NCBI GenBank assembly: GCA_965199855.1
Contig: OZ241326.1
Span: 2,464,001-2,528,000, forward strand
Direction: 5' to 3'
DNA length: 64,000 nucleotides
Source: a bacterium
GTDB lineage: Bacteria; UBA8248
The position numbers were made by a program, and so were the translations under genes. Below the pieces are notes generated by a model. It searched no databases. It was not told where the DNA came from and was given only the letters and a program-made list of their open reading frames with translations. Position 1 is the first letter of the stretch; every line of letters begins with the position of its first letter. Below, piece by piece: positions 10,760 through 20,175 of this stretch.

Positions 10760-11081
10760 GGGTCGGGAACCGCCCGCGCCCCGTCAACGGGAACGGCGCG
10801 GGACGCATATATGCGTCCCCTACATACGAAATCGAACGCCGCCCGACCCCGTAGGGGGCGCATATATGCGCCCCGTTGCGGGCCCGGCGACGACACGGAT
10901 TGAATTCGTAGGGACAACCCCCTGTGGTTGTCCTTCGCGCGTATTCCCGCCCCACCAACGCGCGACCATCCCGTAGGGGTCGTTCGGGAACGACCCGCCG
11001 CCTCCGACGCGAATGTCTTTTGAATGCGGGCGGTTCCCGAATCGCGGGGCGGCCCCGGGGAGGGATCGCCCCTGCGAAACC
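10755..11081. repeat. Composite GTAG-type REP cluster, copy 1 (direct repeat of 14069-14402)
   Basis: Successive GTAGGG-headed imperfect palindromes: GGGACGCATATATGCGTCCCCTAC (inverted), GTAGGGGGCGCATATATGCGCCCC, GTAGGGACAACCCCCTGTGGTTGTCC, GTAGGGGTCGTTCGGGAACGACCC. Confidence 0.85.
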
Positions 11082-11338
11082 TGAAACCCGCGCGCCTCGC
11101 CGAACGGGGCGAACCCTCGCGGCGCTGCGCGCGCTCCGCCCCTTCCCGGCCGCTTTTCCGGCAGCGGGTTGCCGTCCGCAGCGGATTTTGATAGCCTCCC
11201 GCAACTCGTCGCATCCGCTCCCCCCGAGGCGCGCCCGCTCTCTGCCGTGAGGAGACGATACTTTTCATGCGTGAACCGCCGCCTTCGCGCCGGAAAACCA
11301 GCGATCTCCCCGTCCGCGCCTGCGAATCTCCCGCGGCG

Positions 11339-11367
11339 TTGCGCCCCGCGGCCGCCCGTGCTATAGT
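11339..11367 (+). promoter_or_regulatory. Sigma70-type promoter of the autotransporter unit
   Basis: TTGCGC-17 bp-TATAGT with an extended -10 TG (GTGCTATAGT); ends 8 bp before the octamer repeat. Confidence 0.7.
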
Positions 11368-11375
11368 GAATCGGA

Positions 11376-11565
11376 AACTTCCCAACTTCCCAACTTCCCA
11401 ACTTCCCAACTTCCCAACTTCCCAACTTCCCAACTTCCCAACTTCCCAACTTCCCAACTTCCCAACTTCCCAACTTCCCAACTTCCCAACTTCCCAACTT
11501 CCCAACTTCCCAACTTCCCAACTTCCCAACTTCCCAACTTCCCAACTTCCCAACTTCCCAACTTC
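11376..11565 (+). repeat. Perfect octanucleotide tandem repeat (AACTTCCC) x23 plus partial unit
   Basis: Counted directly: 11376-11559 = 184 bp = 23 units, then AACTTC. Confidence 0.97.
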
Positions 11566-11720
11566 TTGAAGATCGGGACGCCGTCTCCTCTTCTCCTGAC
11601 GGCGTGAAGCGGCGCGTGAAGCCCGCCCCCTCGCGGAGGCGCGCCGCGTCATCCCCTGACGACAGTCCCGGCGCGTTCATGGCAGCGCGCCCTTCTCGTT
11701 CAATCGAAAGGACAGTTCAC

Positions 11721-13970
11721 ATGCGAAAGACGATTTTTGCGGAAGCGCCCGCTCTTTCTTCGTTCAGAAGGCCGCGGGGCCGCCGCTCGAAGGGAGGAAT
11801 CTTCGGCCCGCTCCTCGCCGCGCTTCTCGCGGCGGCGTGCCTGCTTTCCGCCGGGGCGGCGCGGGCGCAAAGCGACTGCGGGACGCAGGAGGAGCCGGAA
11901 GAAAGGGCGCCTCAGAGGGGGGGAGGCTTCATCTTTATTGGAGGCCCGGGCCGGATAGAAGGAACTGTGGAGATTCGTAATCGGTCGCCGATTCATCTGA
12001 CGCACGAAGGGACGATCACCGCCGAGGAGGACGGCGTTCGGGCGTGCCACCCCACAGAGCGCGACGACAACCCCGAGATCGCCGTAACCATCGCCGAGAG
12101 CGGTCGGGTCACCGGCGGGCGGAACGGCATCTACGTCGGGAGCGCGGGTCTCGTTGAGGGGAGCGACTCTCTCCGCGACCAGAGCGTTACCGTGAACGGG
12201 CGGGTTTCGGGCGGAACGGGCGCGGGCGTCTATATGAAGGGCGGCGGCCGGCTGACCGTGGGCGCTACGGGCGTGGTGGGCGCGGAATCGGGCGTGGGCG
12301 TTTTGTCGGACGGGTCGGGGGATTTGACGGCGACCGTGGCCGGGCGGATCGAGGGCGACGTCCGCAACGCGGGGGGCGCGCTCATGCTGACGACGACGGC
12401 GGGGAGCGTGATCACGGGAACCGTCCACGATCCCGTCGGCCCGGTGATGGTTCCGGGGAGCGTCGGGCGGATTTTGCTGGCGGAAGGCGGGGAGGTGACG
12501 GTTCCCGCCGCGGGTCGGCTCACGGGCGTGGACGGAGAGGCGCTCCGGAGCGAGGCGGGCGACCTGCGCGTCTCCATAGCCGGGAGGATCAAGGGCGACG
12601 TCCGGAGCCTGGGCGGCGACCTCACGGCGACGATATCCGGGACGGTTGAAGGCGACGTGGAGGGTCTGGGGGCGGGCGATCACGCGGTCACGGTCTCCTC
12701 GGGCGGCGTGGTGACGGGGGAGATTCATCTGGCGGCGAGCGCCGTGACGGTGGACGGAACCGTGGGCAGCGTTCGCTTCGACGGCGGCGGAACCCTCACG
12801 GTGGGCCCGACGGGCCGGATTCTCTCGCGGGCGGGGGCGGCGGTCAGCAACGCGGAGGGCGACCTGGGCGTGACGATTCACGTAGCCTCCGGCGAGCGGC
12901 CGGATCAGGCGGCCGCGCGGGTTCAGGGGAGAATCGAGGGCGCGGCGGACGGCGAGACGACCGTGACGCTGGTCGGGGCGAGCGGGCGCGCCGTCCGTCC
13001 GGGCGCGATCGGCTCGCGGGAGGCGGCGCCCTCGGGCGCCTACGACGTGGGCGTGTCGGCGTCCGCGGGGGGCGGCGTCTCCGTCGTGAGCGTCTTCGCT
13101 CCCCGCGCGCGGGTCTATGAGGCGCTGCCCTCCGTTCTGCTGGGCATGAGCGGCCTTCTCTCGCATGAGGAGCGCATGGCGTCGCCCCGCTCGTCAAGGG
13201 GCGTCTGGGCGCGCGTGGAGGGCGCGAGCGGCGACTGGAAGGCGGACGCCTCGACCAGCGGGGGCGTGGAATACGAAGCGAGACGCTACGGCGTCCGCGT
13301 AGGCGTGGACGCCTCTCTCGGCGCGAACGCCCTGCTCGGCTTCTCCGCCCATCACGGGCGCGGCTCGGCGGATGTTGCGGACGGCGGGGATATAGAGGTT
13401 TCCGGGAACGGTCTGGGCGTCTCCGCGTCCTACATGTTCGGCGGGGGCCTCTATCTGGACGGGCAGGTCGAGGCGACCTGGCATGAGGCGGATCTGGAAT
13501 CCGACCTGCGCGGCAAGCTGAAAACCGGCGTCTCCGGCTTCGGCTGGGCGGCGGGCGTCGAGCTGGGTCGCCGGGTGGAATCGGCGGGGCTCCTCTTCAC
13601 GCCGAGCGCGCGTCTGACGCGGGCTTCCGTTTCGATGGACAAGTTCACGGACGCGGTGGGCTCCGCCGTCTCGCTCGAGGACGGCGACCGCTTCACGGGC
13701 GGGGTGGGGATGCGCGTGGAGAAGGAGACGGGCGCGGGGCGTCTGTTCGTCGCGGTCGGCTTCGAGCATGACTTCTCGGCGAAGACGAGCGTGGAGGTCT
13801 CGGACGTCCGGCTCGAATCCGAAGGCGAGCCCTCGAGGCTTCGCCTGCGCGCGGGCGGCGTCCGCGCCTGGAGCGACGGCGAATACGCCGTTCGCGGCTC
13901 CGTGGACTACGCGACCTCCGGCGACGGCCACGAGCTCGGCGGAAGCCTGAGCCTCCAGGTGCGGTTCTAG
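11721..13970 (+). CDS. Type Va autotransporter (adhesin-like beta-helical passenger plus beta-barrel)
   Basis: Signal peptide ending AARA-Q; G/V/T-rich repeats (GDLTATVAGRIEGDVR, GDLRVSIAGRIKGDVR); RARVYEALP linker; GVWAR barrel start; C-terminal LSLQVRF. Start behind an AAAGGA RBS. Confidence 0.9.
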   Translation: MRKTIFAEAPALSSFRRPRGRRSKGGIFGPLLAALLAAACLLSAGAARAQSDCGTQEEPEERAPQRGGGFIFIGGPGRIEGTVEIRNRSPIHLTHEGTITAEEDGVRACHPTERDDNPEIAVTIAESGRVTGGRNGIYVGSAGLVEGSDSLRDQSVTVNGRVSGGTGAGVYMKGGGRLTVGATGVVGAESGVGVLSDGSGDLTATVAGRIEGDVRNAGGALMLTTTAGSVITGTVHDPVGPVMVPGSVGRILLAEGGEVTVPAAGRLTGVDGEALRSEAGDLRVSIAGRIKGDVRSLGGDLTATISGTVEGDVEGLGAGDHAVTVSSGGVVTGEIHLAASAVTVDGTVGSVRFDGGGTLTVGPTGRILSRAGAAVSNAEGDLGVTIHVASGERPDQAAARVQGRIEGAADGETTVTLVGASGRAVRPGAIGSREAAPSGAYDVGVSASAGGGVSVVSVFAPRARVYEALPSVLLGMSGLLSHEERMASPRSSRGVWARVEGASGDWKADASTSGGVEYEARRYGVRVGVDASLGANALLGFSAHHGRGSADVADGGDIEVSGNGLGVSASYMFGGGLYLDGQVEATWHEADLESDLRGKLKTGVSGFGWAAGVELGRRVESAGLLFTPSARLTRASVSMDKFTDAVGSAVSLEDGDRFTGGVGMRVEKETGAGRLFVAVGFEHDFSAKTSVEVSDVRLESEGEPSRLRLRAGGVRAWSDGEYAVRGSVDYATSGDGHELGGSLSLQVRF

Positions 13971-13999
13971 GAGGCGGGCGAACGCCTGACGGATTCACC

Positions 14000-14047
14000 A
14001 CCGGGCGCGGGGATCCACCGACGATCCCCGCGCCCGGTTTTCGTTTT
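14000..14047 (+). terminator. Rho-independent terminator of the autotransporter gene
   Basis: CCGGGCGCGGGGATC-caccgac-GATCCCCGCGCCCGG followed by TTTTCGTTTT. Confidence 0.85.
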
Positions 14048-14068
14048 GCGGGGTGAATCCGTTGGATC

Positions 14069-14402
14069 CGTAGGGGCGGTTCGAAAACCGCCCGCCCGCA
14101 TCAACGTGAACGGCGCGGGACGCATGAATGCGTCCCCTACAAAACCAGAACCGCCCGTAGGGGCCGCGAATTCGCGCCCCGTTCGCGGGCCCGGCGATGA
14201 CGCCGCGCGCGGTGATTTGGCCCCTCCGTGGGGGGACACAACCCCCCGTGGTTGTCCGCCCCGTATCCTCATTCCGCCGGGGCCCAAGAATCCCGTAGAG
14301 GTCGTTCGGGAACGCCCCGCCGCCGCCGATGCGAATCCTCCCCCAAATGGGCGGTTCTCGAATTGCGGGGCGGCCCCGGGGAGGGGCCGCCCCTGCGAAA
14401 CC
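14069..14402. repeat. Composite GTAG-type REP cluster, copy 2
   Basis: Same order of units as 10755-11081: GTAGGGGCGGTTCGAAAACCGCCC, GGGACGCATGAATGCGTCCCCTAC, GTAGGGGCCGCGAATTCGCGCCCC, ACAACCCCCGTGGTTGTCC, GTAGAGGTCGTTCGGGAACG, GCCCCTGCGAAACC. Confidence 0.85.
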
Positions 14403-14901
14403 CTCGCCGCCCTCGCCCGTGGGTGAAGCCGCCGAGGGGTGGTTCCCACGCATTCATGCGTCCCGTTTCGCTCCGCGAAAGCCGTGGATGCGCTTTTGCG
14501 AATTTCTGCAAAATCAGACGAATTCAAGGCCAATATAGACAAATACGCAGCTGTTTTCCGGCCTTTTTCCACCCCTTAGAGACCCCTTTGACCATCCCGC
14601 CCGCTCCCCGATTCGCCCGCTTTCCCTCCCCCCGGAGGCGCACTTCCGCCGCACCAGGAATATACCCCGGCCCGGCGCCGTCTCCGCCCCGCAAATGCGG
14701 GCAGTTGCGGGCAAATGCACGGCGATGTTCCGCGTGGAGCAATTCGAGGGCGGAATTTTCGGGGAAAACGCCCCTCCCCCGGTGGAGCCTCGCCCCGCTT
14801 CGCCCTATAATGGCGGCGCAGCGGCCAAAACGGCGTCAAGGCGCGGCGGGAAGGGGCGGGTCGCCGCCTCCAGCCGCGCGGCGAAGCGAAGGGAACCGGC
14901 C

Positions 14902-15810
14902 TTGTTGAATCCCGAGAATCCTCCCGTCGCGTGCGTCCTGGGCTTCGGCATGGCGGGGCGTCCCATCGCCCGGGGGCTGGCCGAGGAGGGCGCGGCGCGG
15001 GTGCGCGTCTGGAAACGGGCGCCCTGGCGGCCGGAGCATCTCGCCGCCGCCTCCCATCCCCGAATCCGCATGACGGAATCTCTCGAAGAGGCCCTCGCGG
15101 GCGCGGACGTCGTCCTCTCGCTTCTCACGCCGGACGCCGCCCTGGACGCGGCGCGCGCGGCCGCCCCCTTCCTGGCGAACGCCGTTTATCTCGATTTGAA
15201 CACCACCACGCCGGAGGTGAAGCGCGAGATCGGCCGCGTCGTCGAGGCGGGCGGAGGCAGGGCGGTGGATGGGGCGATATGCGACCCGGCGGAAGTCTAT
15301 GGCCACCGGGTCGCCACGCTCATATCGGGGACGGAAGCCGAGTCGCTGGGCGCGATCATGGCGCGCTGCGGGATGCGCCTGCGGGCGATAGGCGAGCGCG
15401 TGGGCGACGCCTCCGCCCTCAAGGTCGTGCGCAGCGCGTTCACGAAGGGGCTGATGATGACGCTTCTCGAGTCCATCGAGGCGGCGAGGCGCTGCGGGCT
15501 GGCGGAGGAGCTCCTCGACTCCATCGCCGGCACCGTGGAGGGACTCCCGCTCAGGGACCTCGCGCTCAGCCTGGCGGGCACGAGCCTCATCGCCGCCGGC
15601 AGGCGAGCGCGGGAGATGGAGGGAGTCGTCGCGACCCTTGACGCGCTGGGGGTGGACGCGCGAATCAGCGCCGCCGCGCTCGAGAAGTTCCGCTGGCTGG
15701 AGGGCTTCGACTTCCACGGCGCGCTGGGAGGCGTGCCGCCCGAATCCATCGAGGCCATGCTTCGCGCGCTGGAGGGCGTATTCGACGCCCCGGCCGGCCC
15801 CGCGGGGTGA
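14902..15810 (+). CDS. NAD(P)-dependent oxidoreductase, 6PGD/3-hydroxyisobutyrate dehydrogenase family (DUF1932-like C-terminus)
   Basis: LGFGMAG Rossmann motif, YLDLNT, ASALKVVRSAFTKG, RRAREM; TTG start is approximate. Confidence 0.8.
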   Translation: MLNPENPPVACVLGFGMAGRPIARGLAEEGAARVRVWKRAPWRPEHLAAASHPRIRMTESLEEALAGADVVLSLLTPDAALDAARAAAPFLANAVYLDLNTTTPEVKREIGRVVEAGGGRAVDGAICDPAEVYGHRVATLISGTEAESLGAIMARCGMRLRAIGERVGDASALKVVRSAFTKGLMMTLLESIEAARRCGLAEELLDSIAGTVEGLPLRDLALSLAGTSLIAAGRRAREMEGVVATLDALGVDARISAAALEKFRWLEGFDFHGALGGVPPESIEAMLRALEGVFDAPAGPAG

Positions 15811-16003
15811 GGCGCGCCCCGCCTCGTCCGGGAGAATGTGAAATTCGCGCCCCCCGCCGCTTGATTTTCCCCGGCGGCGTCTGGTAGCATCACGTCGCGT
15901 TCGGGATCGCCCCGGGGAGGCGGCCCGGACGCGAACCGCCGGGGGCCGCTCTCCCGGGCGTTCGGATCGCGGCAGTTTTCACCATCTGAGGGAGGGGTCA
16001 TCC

Positions 16004-16315
16004 ATGACATTTGTCATCGGCGAGAAATGCCTGGGCGAGCGCTACGCGACCTGCGTGAGCGTCTGCCCGGTGGACTGCATGCACCCGGGCGAATACAGGG
16101 GCGAGCCTTTCCTGATCATCGACCCCGAGGAGTGCATCGACTGCGGCGTCTGCCAGCCGGAGTGCCCGATTGACGCCATCCTGGAGACCGAGGACGACGA
16201 TCCCGAATGGGCGGCCATCAACGCGGAGCTCGCCGAGGAGTTCAAGAACAACGAGCCGGTCGAGCCGCGCCCGGCGAACGACCCGCCCAGAAAGCCGGGC
16301 AACGAGCTGCGCTAG
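16004..16315 (+). CDS. FdxA-type (7Fe) ferredoxin
   Basis: MTFVIGEKC...CVSVCPVDC...IDPEECIDCGVCQPECPIDAI; strong RBS. Confidence 0.92.
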   Translation: MTFVIGEKCLGERYATCVSVCPVDCMHPGEYRGEPFLIIDPEECIDCGVCQPECPIDAILETEDDDPEWAAINAELAEEFKNNEPVEPRPANDPPRKPGNELR

Positions 16316-16334
16316 CCCCGTCTCGCGGATTCAG

Positions 16335-16365
16335 ACGCCGCGGCCCCCGGGCCGCGGCGTTTTTT
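16335..16365 (+). terminator. Rho-independent terminator after the ferredoxin
   Basis: ACGCCGCGGCCC-cc-GGGCCGCGGCGT then TTTTT. Confidence 0.8.
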
Positions 16366-16381
16366 CGCGCGCGGCGCCTTC

Positions 16382-17224
16382 CTACCTCTCGATCGGAAAG
16401 CCCACGATGCTGCCCCACTCCGTCCAGGAGCCGTCGTAGATTTTCACGTTCTCATAGCCCAGCAAATGCTTCATGGCGAACCAGACCAGACTGGCCCGGT
16501 GGCTCAGGCGTCAGTAGAGCGTCAGTTCGACATCCTCCGCCGCCCCCGCCCCGGCCAGGACGCGCCTGAGCGCCTCCGGCTCCCTGTAGGCGTCGTCGTC
16601 ATCCAGCAGTTCGCGGAAAAACAGGTGCGCCGCCCCCGGAATGCGCCCCGCGCGCTCGGCGCCGTGGTCGAAGCCGGGCGGCGGCATCACCCGCTCGCCG
16701 CGGTATTCCTCGGGCGAGCGCACGTCCAGCAGCTTCCGGCCCGGCCTGCCGAGGCCCGCGCGAATCTCGTCGCGCCCCACGCTCAGGCTCTCCCCCGCTC
16801 CCGGCGCGGGAGGGGGAACCGGGGAGGCGGCCGGCGCCTCCTTCGAGAGGGGCCGCCCCTCGGCCGTCCATTTCTTCTTCGCCCCGTCCAGGAGCTTCAG
16901 GCCGGAGAAGCCCGCCATCCTCAAAACCCAGAAGGCGTAGGTTCCGAACTGCACGGGGTCGCCGTAGAGGACGATGGCCGCGTCCGCCCCGACGCCCATG
17001 CGCCCCAGCCGCTCCGCCAGCGCGCCGGGGGCGGCGAAGGCGCGATCCGTCTCGTGCCAGAGTGCCTCCTTCCAGAACCACCAATGCGCCCCCGGAACGT
17101 GGCCTTCGCGGTAGGAGGCGTCATCACTCGAGGCGGACACCTCGATGACGCGGAGATTCGGATTTTCGAGATTTTCGGCGAGCCACGCCGTCGAGACGAG
17201 CGGGGAAGAGTCAGCCGGCGTCAT
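16382..17224 (-). CDS. Two-domain sulfurtransferase (rhodanese/SseA family), putative selenoprotein (Sec at TGA 16511-16513)
   Basis: LVSTAWL, GHVPGA, LLDGAKKKW, DVRSPEEY, GRIPGA. The frame continues through TGA as [36 protein letters not shown] to TAG at 16382. Confidence 0.88.
16480..16500 (-). promoter_or_regulatory. Putative bacterial SECIS hairpin (sulfurtransferase)
   Basis: ACCGGGCCA-GTC-TGGTCTGGT, 9-bp stem with two G-U pairs; loop G at +20 after UGA. Confidence 0.6.
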
Positions 17225-17366
17225 GCTGGAGCGTCCTCCTTGAAGCATGGGAGCGAGCGGCGCCGAGGCGCCGAATTCACGGCCGCCGGGAGCGTCATTC
17301 TACGCATCCTCCGCGCGCGCCGCATCTTCGAGGGGATGCGGGCGTCCGGGCGCGCTCGGTCGAAAA

Positions 17367-18791
17367 TCATCCCTCGACGACCGGCGGCCTTCTGCGCCTG
17401 ATCTCCGGCGTCGCCTCCTCGAAGGCGTGGGCCGCGCGCAGGACGCGGGCCTCCTCCCAGGGCGGCCCCACGAGCTGGACGGAGACGGGCAGGCCCTCCG
17501 CGCTGAAGCCCGACGGCGCGGCGAGGGCGGGGAAGCCGAACAGGTTCCAGGGGCCGAGCTGGGGCCGGCCGAGGCCGGAGAAGGGGACTTCGCGCCCGTT
17601 CACGCGGCCCATCGCCGTGGCGATCGGCGCGGCGGGACAGGGGTAGCCCGGCGCGAGAATGACGTCCGCCTCGCCGAACGCCTTCTCCATCTCGCGGGCG
17701 AGGACGCGCCTCTCCCGGAGGGCGCGGACGTATTCGTCGAGCGTCGCGCGGCTCGCGCCCTCGAGGCGCGCCCGAACGTCCTCCCCGAATTTTTCAGGAC
17801 GGCTTTGGAGCCGCTCGCGGTGAACCGCGAACAGCTCGGCGTCCGCGATGACGCGGCGAACCTCCTCCGCCCGCGCCGCGCGGGGAAAGCGAACCTCGAC
17901 GAGGACGCCGCCCAGCGCCTCCATGGTCGAGAGCGCGCCCTCGAAGCCCTCCTGAACGGAGGCGTCGTTTTCGGGAAGATGGAAATCCTCGCAGACGCCG
18001 AAGCGCATCCCCCGGACGCCCGCGTCCAGCCCCGCGCGGAAATCGGGAGCCGCGCGATCCGCCGAGCCCGGATCCAGCGGGTCGTAGCCCGCCATGCCCC
18101 GGAGGGCGAGGCCGCAGTCGCGCGCCGTTCTGGCGAGGGGGCCGGCGTGGTCGAGCGTGGGGGCGTTCGGAAACGCGCCGCGCAGGCTCACCCGCCCGTA
18201 GGAGGGCTTGAGGCCCATCGTCCCGCAGGCGCCCGCCGGCCCCCGGATGGAGCCGCCCGTGTCGGTGCCGACGGCGGCGGAACACAGGAACGCGGCCACC
18301 GCCGCGCCCGAGCCGCCGCTCGATCCGCCCGCGACCCGCTCCTCGTCCCAGGGGTTTCGACAGGCGCCGTAATGGGGGTTCACGGTGGTGGAGCCCGCCG
18401 CGAACTCGTGCGTGTTGCACTTTCCGACGAGGACGGCGCCCGCCGCCCTGAGCCGCCTCACGCACTCCGCGTCCTCGCCCGGAACGTTGTCGGAGAAAAA
18501 GCTGGACCCCTGCGTCGTCAGGACGCCCGCCGTGTCCACGATGTCCTTGACGCCCACGGGAACGCCGTGGAGCGGCCCCCGGTAGTTTCCGCCCTGAATC
18601 TCCTCCTCCGCCCTTCGCGCGTCTTCGGTCGCCTCCTCCGCGCAGACGGTGATGAAGGCGTTGATCCGGGGGTTGAGCGCCTCGATGCGCCGCAGATGCG
18701 CCTCCACGGCCTCCCGGGGCGAGATTTTCTTCTCCCCGATCAGCCGGGAAAGCTCATGCAGCGAGAGAAAAACCAGCTCGTCGGCGCTCAT
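17367..18791 (-). CDS. Amidase signature (GatA-like) family amidase
   Basis: PLHGVPVGVKD, GGSSGGS, GTDTGGSIRGPA, GLKPSYGRVS. Confidence 0.92.
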   Translation of the reverse strand: MSADELVFLSLHELSRLIGEKKISPREAVEAHLRRIEALNPRINAFITVCAEEATEDARRAEEEIQGGNYRGPLHGVPVGVKDIVDTAGVLTTQGSSFFSDNVPGEDAECVRRLRAAGAVLVGKCNTHEFAAGSTTVNPHYGACRNPWDEERVAGGSSGGSGAAVAAFLCSAAVGTDTGGSIRGPAGACGTMGLKPSYGRVSLRGAFPNAPTLDHAGPLARTARDCGLALRGMAGYDPLDPGSADRAAPDFRAGLDAGVRGMRFGVCEDFHLPENDASVQEGFEGALSTMEALGGVLVEVRFPRAARAEEVRRVIADAELFAVHRERLQSRPEKFGEDVRARLEGASRATLDEYVRALRERRVLAREMEKAFGEADVILAPGYPCPAAPIATAMGRVNGREVPFSGLGRPQLGPWNLFGFPALAAPSGFSAEGLPVSVQLVGPPWEEARVLRAAHAFEEATPEIRRRRPPVVEG

Positions 18792-19023
18792 GTCAGCCTC
18801 CCCTGCGCGGCGTGCCTTTTGGTTCAATCGGGTCGATGAATTCTCATCCTAGCACGACGCGGCGGCTTTCGCCCCCGACCCCGGACGCGCCGAAGCGAAA
18901 TTTTTCCTCCTCTCCGCCCTCCCCGCGCGCGGCGTTGCGCCTCGCGCGGTGATGGGGTGAAATGCGCGGCAAAGGCGGGAGAAGCCTGAGGACGCGGCGA
19001 CCATTCCATGAGGGCGCATTTCC

Positions 19024-20175
19024 ATGAAAGACGACGTTTTCGACGCCCTGGTGATCGGCGGGGGAATCAACGGCCTTTGCGCCCTTTATCACCTGAAGCG
19101 CCTGGGCGCCGGGCGCGTCGGGCTGGTGGAGCGCTTCGCCATCGGGCACGACCGGGGCAGCTCGCACGGGGCGGCGCGCGTGACGAGAAGCGCCTACGCC
19201 GCCCCCGAATACGTCCGCCTCATGCAGCGGGTGCATCAAGAGGAATGGCCGAGGCTCGAGAAGGACCTGGGCCGCCGGCTCGTCCACCCGAATCCCGGTA
19301 TTTTCACCGGGCCGCCCTGCGCGCGCTTCGACCGCTACGTCCGCGCGGTGGAGCGGGAGGGCGTGGACGCCGAGACGCTCTCCCCGGCCGAGGCGCGCGG
19401 GCGCTACCCCCAGTTCACCTTCGGAAACGCCGAGCGGGTCCTGCTGGACAGGACGGCGGGCGTCGTGGCCGCCGAAGAGGCGGTGGCCTCTCTCGCCGCC
19501 TTCGCCCGCGAGAGGGGCGCGGCGATCCATGAGAACGCCGTCGTCCGCGCCATCGACCCGACGGCCGACCCCGTGAGGGTGGAGACGAGCCGGGGCGCGC
19601 TGCGCGCCGGGCGCCTGATCGTGGCGGCGGGCGCCTGGGCGCGGGATTTCCTCCCGTTTCTGAAGCCCAGGATCACCGTCGCCCGCCAGACGGTGGGCTA
19701 CTTCTCGCCCGCGGGCGATCCGGCGGACTACCGCCCCGGCCGCTTTCCCGTCTGGGTGTACATGGAGGAGGACGAGAACCACCTTTTCTACGGGATGCCG
19801 GAGTTCGGCCGCGCGGGCGTCAAGGTGGGCCGCCACCTGAGAGCGGGCGTGGACGACGACCCAGACGACGCGCCCGCGGCCGTCTCCGGGGAGAAGATAG
19901 AGGACTTGCGGCGCTTCATGGCGGGGTTCTTCGCCTGTCCGGAATGGACGCTCGCGGGCGCCGAGCATTGCCTCTACGCCAACGCCCCGAACGAGGACTT
20001 CATCATCGACCTGCACCCGGAGAACCCGCGCGTCGCCTTCGGCGCGGGCTTCTCGGGCCACGGCTTCAAGTTCGCCCCCCTCACGGGCAGGCTTCTGGCC
20101 GAGCTGGTCTGGGAGGGGAAGGCGTCCATCCCCGAGGCCGACCTGGCGCGCCGCCTCTTCTCGCTCGAAAAATAG
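19024..20175 (+). CDS. Monomeric sarcosine oxidase / N-methyltryptophan oxidase family FAD enzyme
   Basis: GGGING, HDRGSSHGAARVTRSAY, HCLY (flavinylation Cys), GFSGHGFKFAP. Confidence 0.88.
   Translation: MKDDVFDALVIGGGINGLCALYHLKRLGAGRVGLVERFAIGHDRGSSHGAARVTRSAYAAPEYVRLMQRVHQEEWPRLEKDLGRRLVHPNPGIFTGPPCARFDRYVRAVEREGVDAETLSPAEARGRYPQFTFGNAERVLLDRTAGVVAAEEAVASLAAFARERGAAIHENAVVRAIDPTADPVRVETSRGALRAGRLIVAAGAWARDFLPFLKPRITVARQTVGYFSPAGDPADYRPGRFPVWVYMEEDENHLFYGMPEFGRAGVKVGRHLRAGVDDDPDDAPAAVSGEKIEDLRRFMAGFFACPEWTLAGAEHCLYANAPNEDFIIDLHPENPRVAFGAGFSGHGFKFAPLTGRLLAELVWEGKASIPEADLARRLFSLEK

Noticed and set aside
10705-11680. ORFs encoding (WEVGKLGS)n or (LPNFPTSQ)n repeats
   Set aside because: Artefacts of the stop-free 8-bp repeat, which gives the same peptide in all three frames; no RBS or coding-like flanks.
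10755-14402. Possible CRISPR array in the palindromic clusters
   Set aside because: The units are not identical, spacing is irregular, the 'spacers' are shared between the two copies, and there are no cas genes. REP-like instead.
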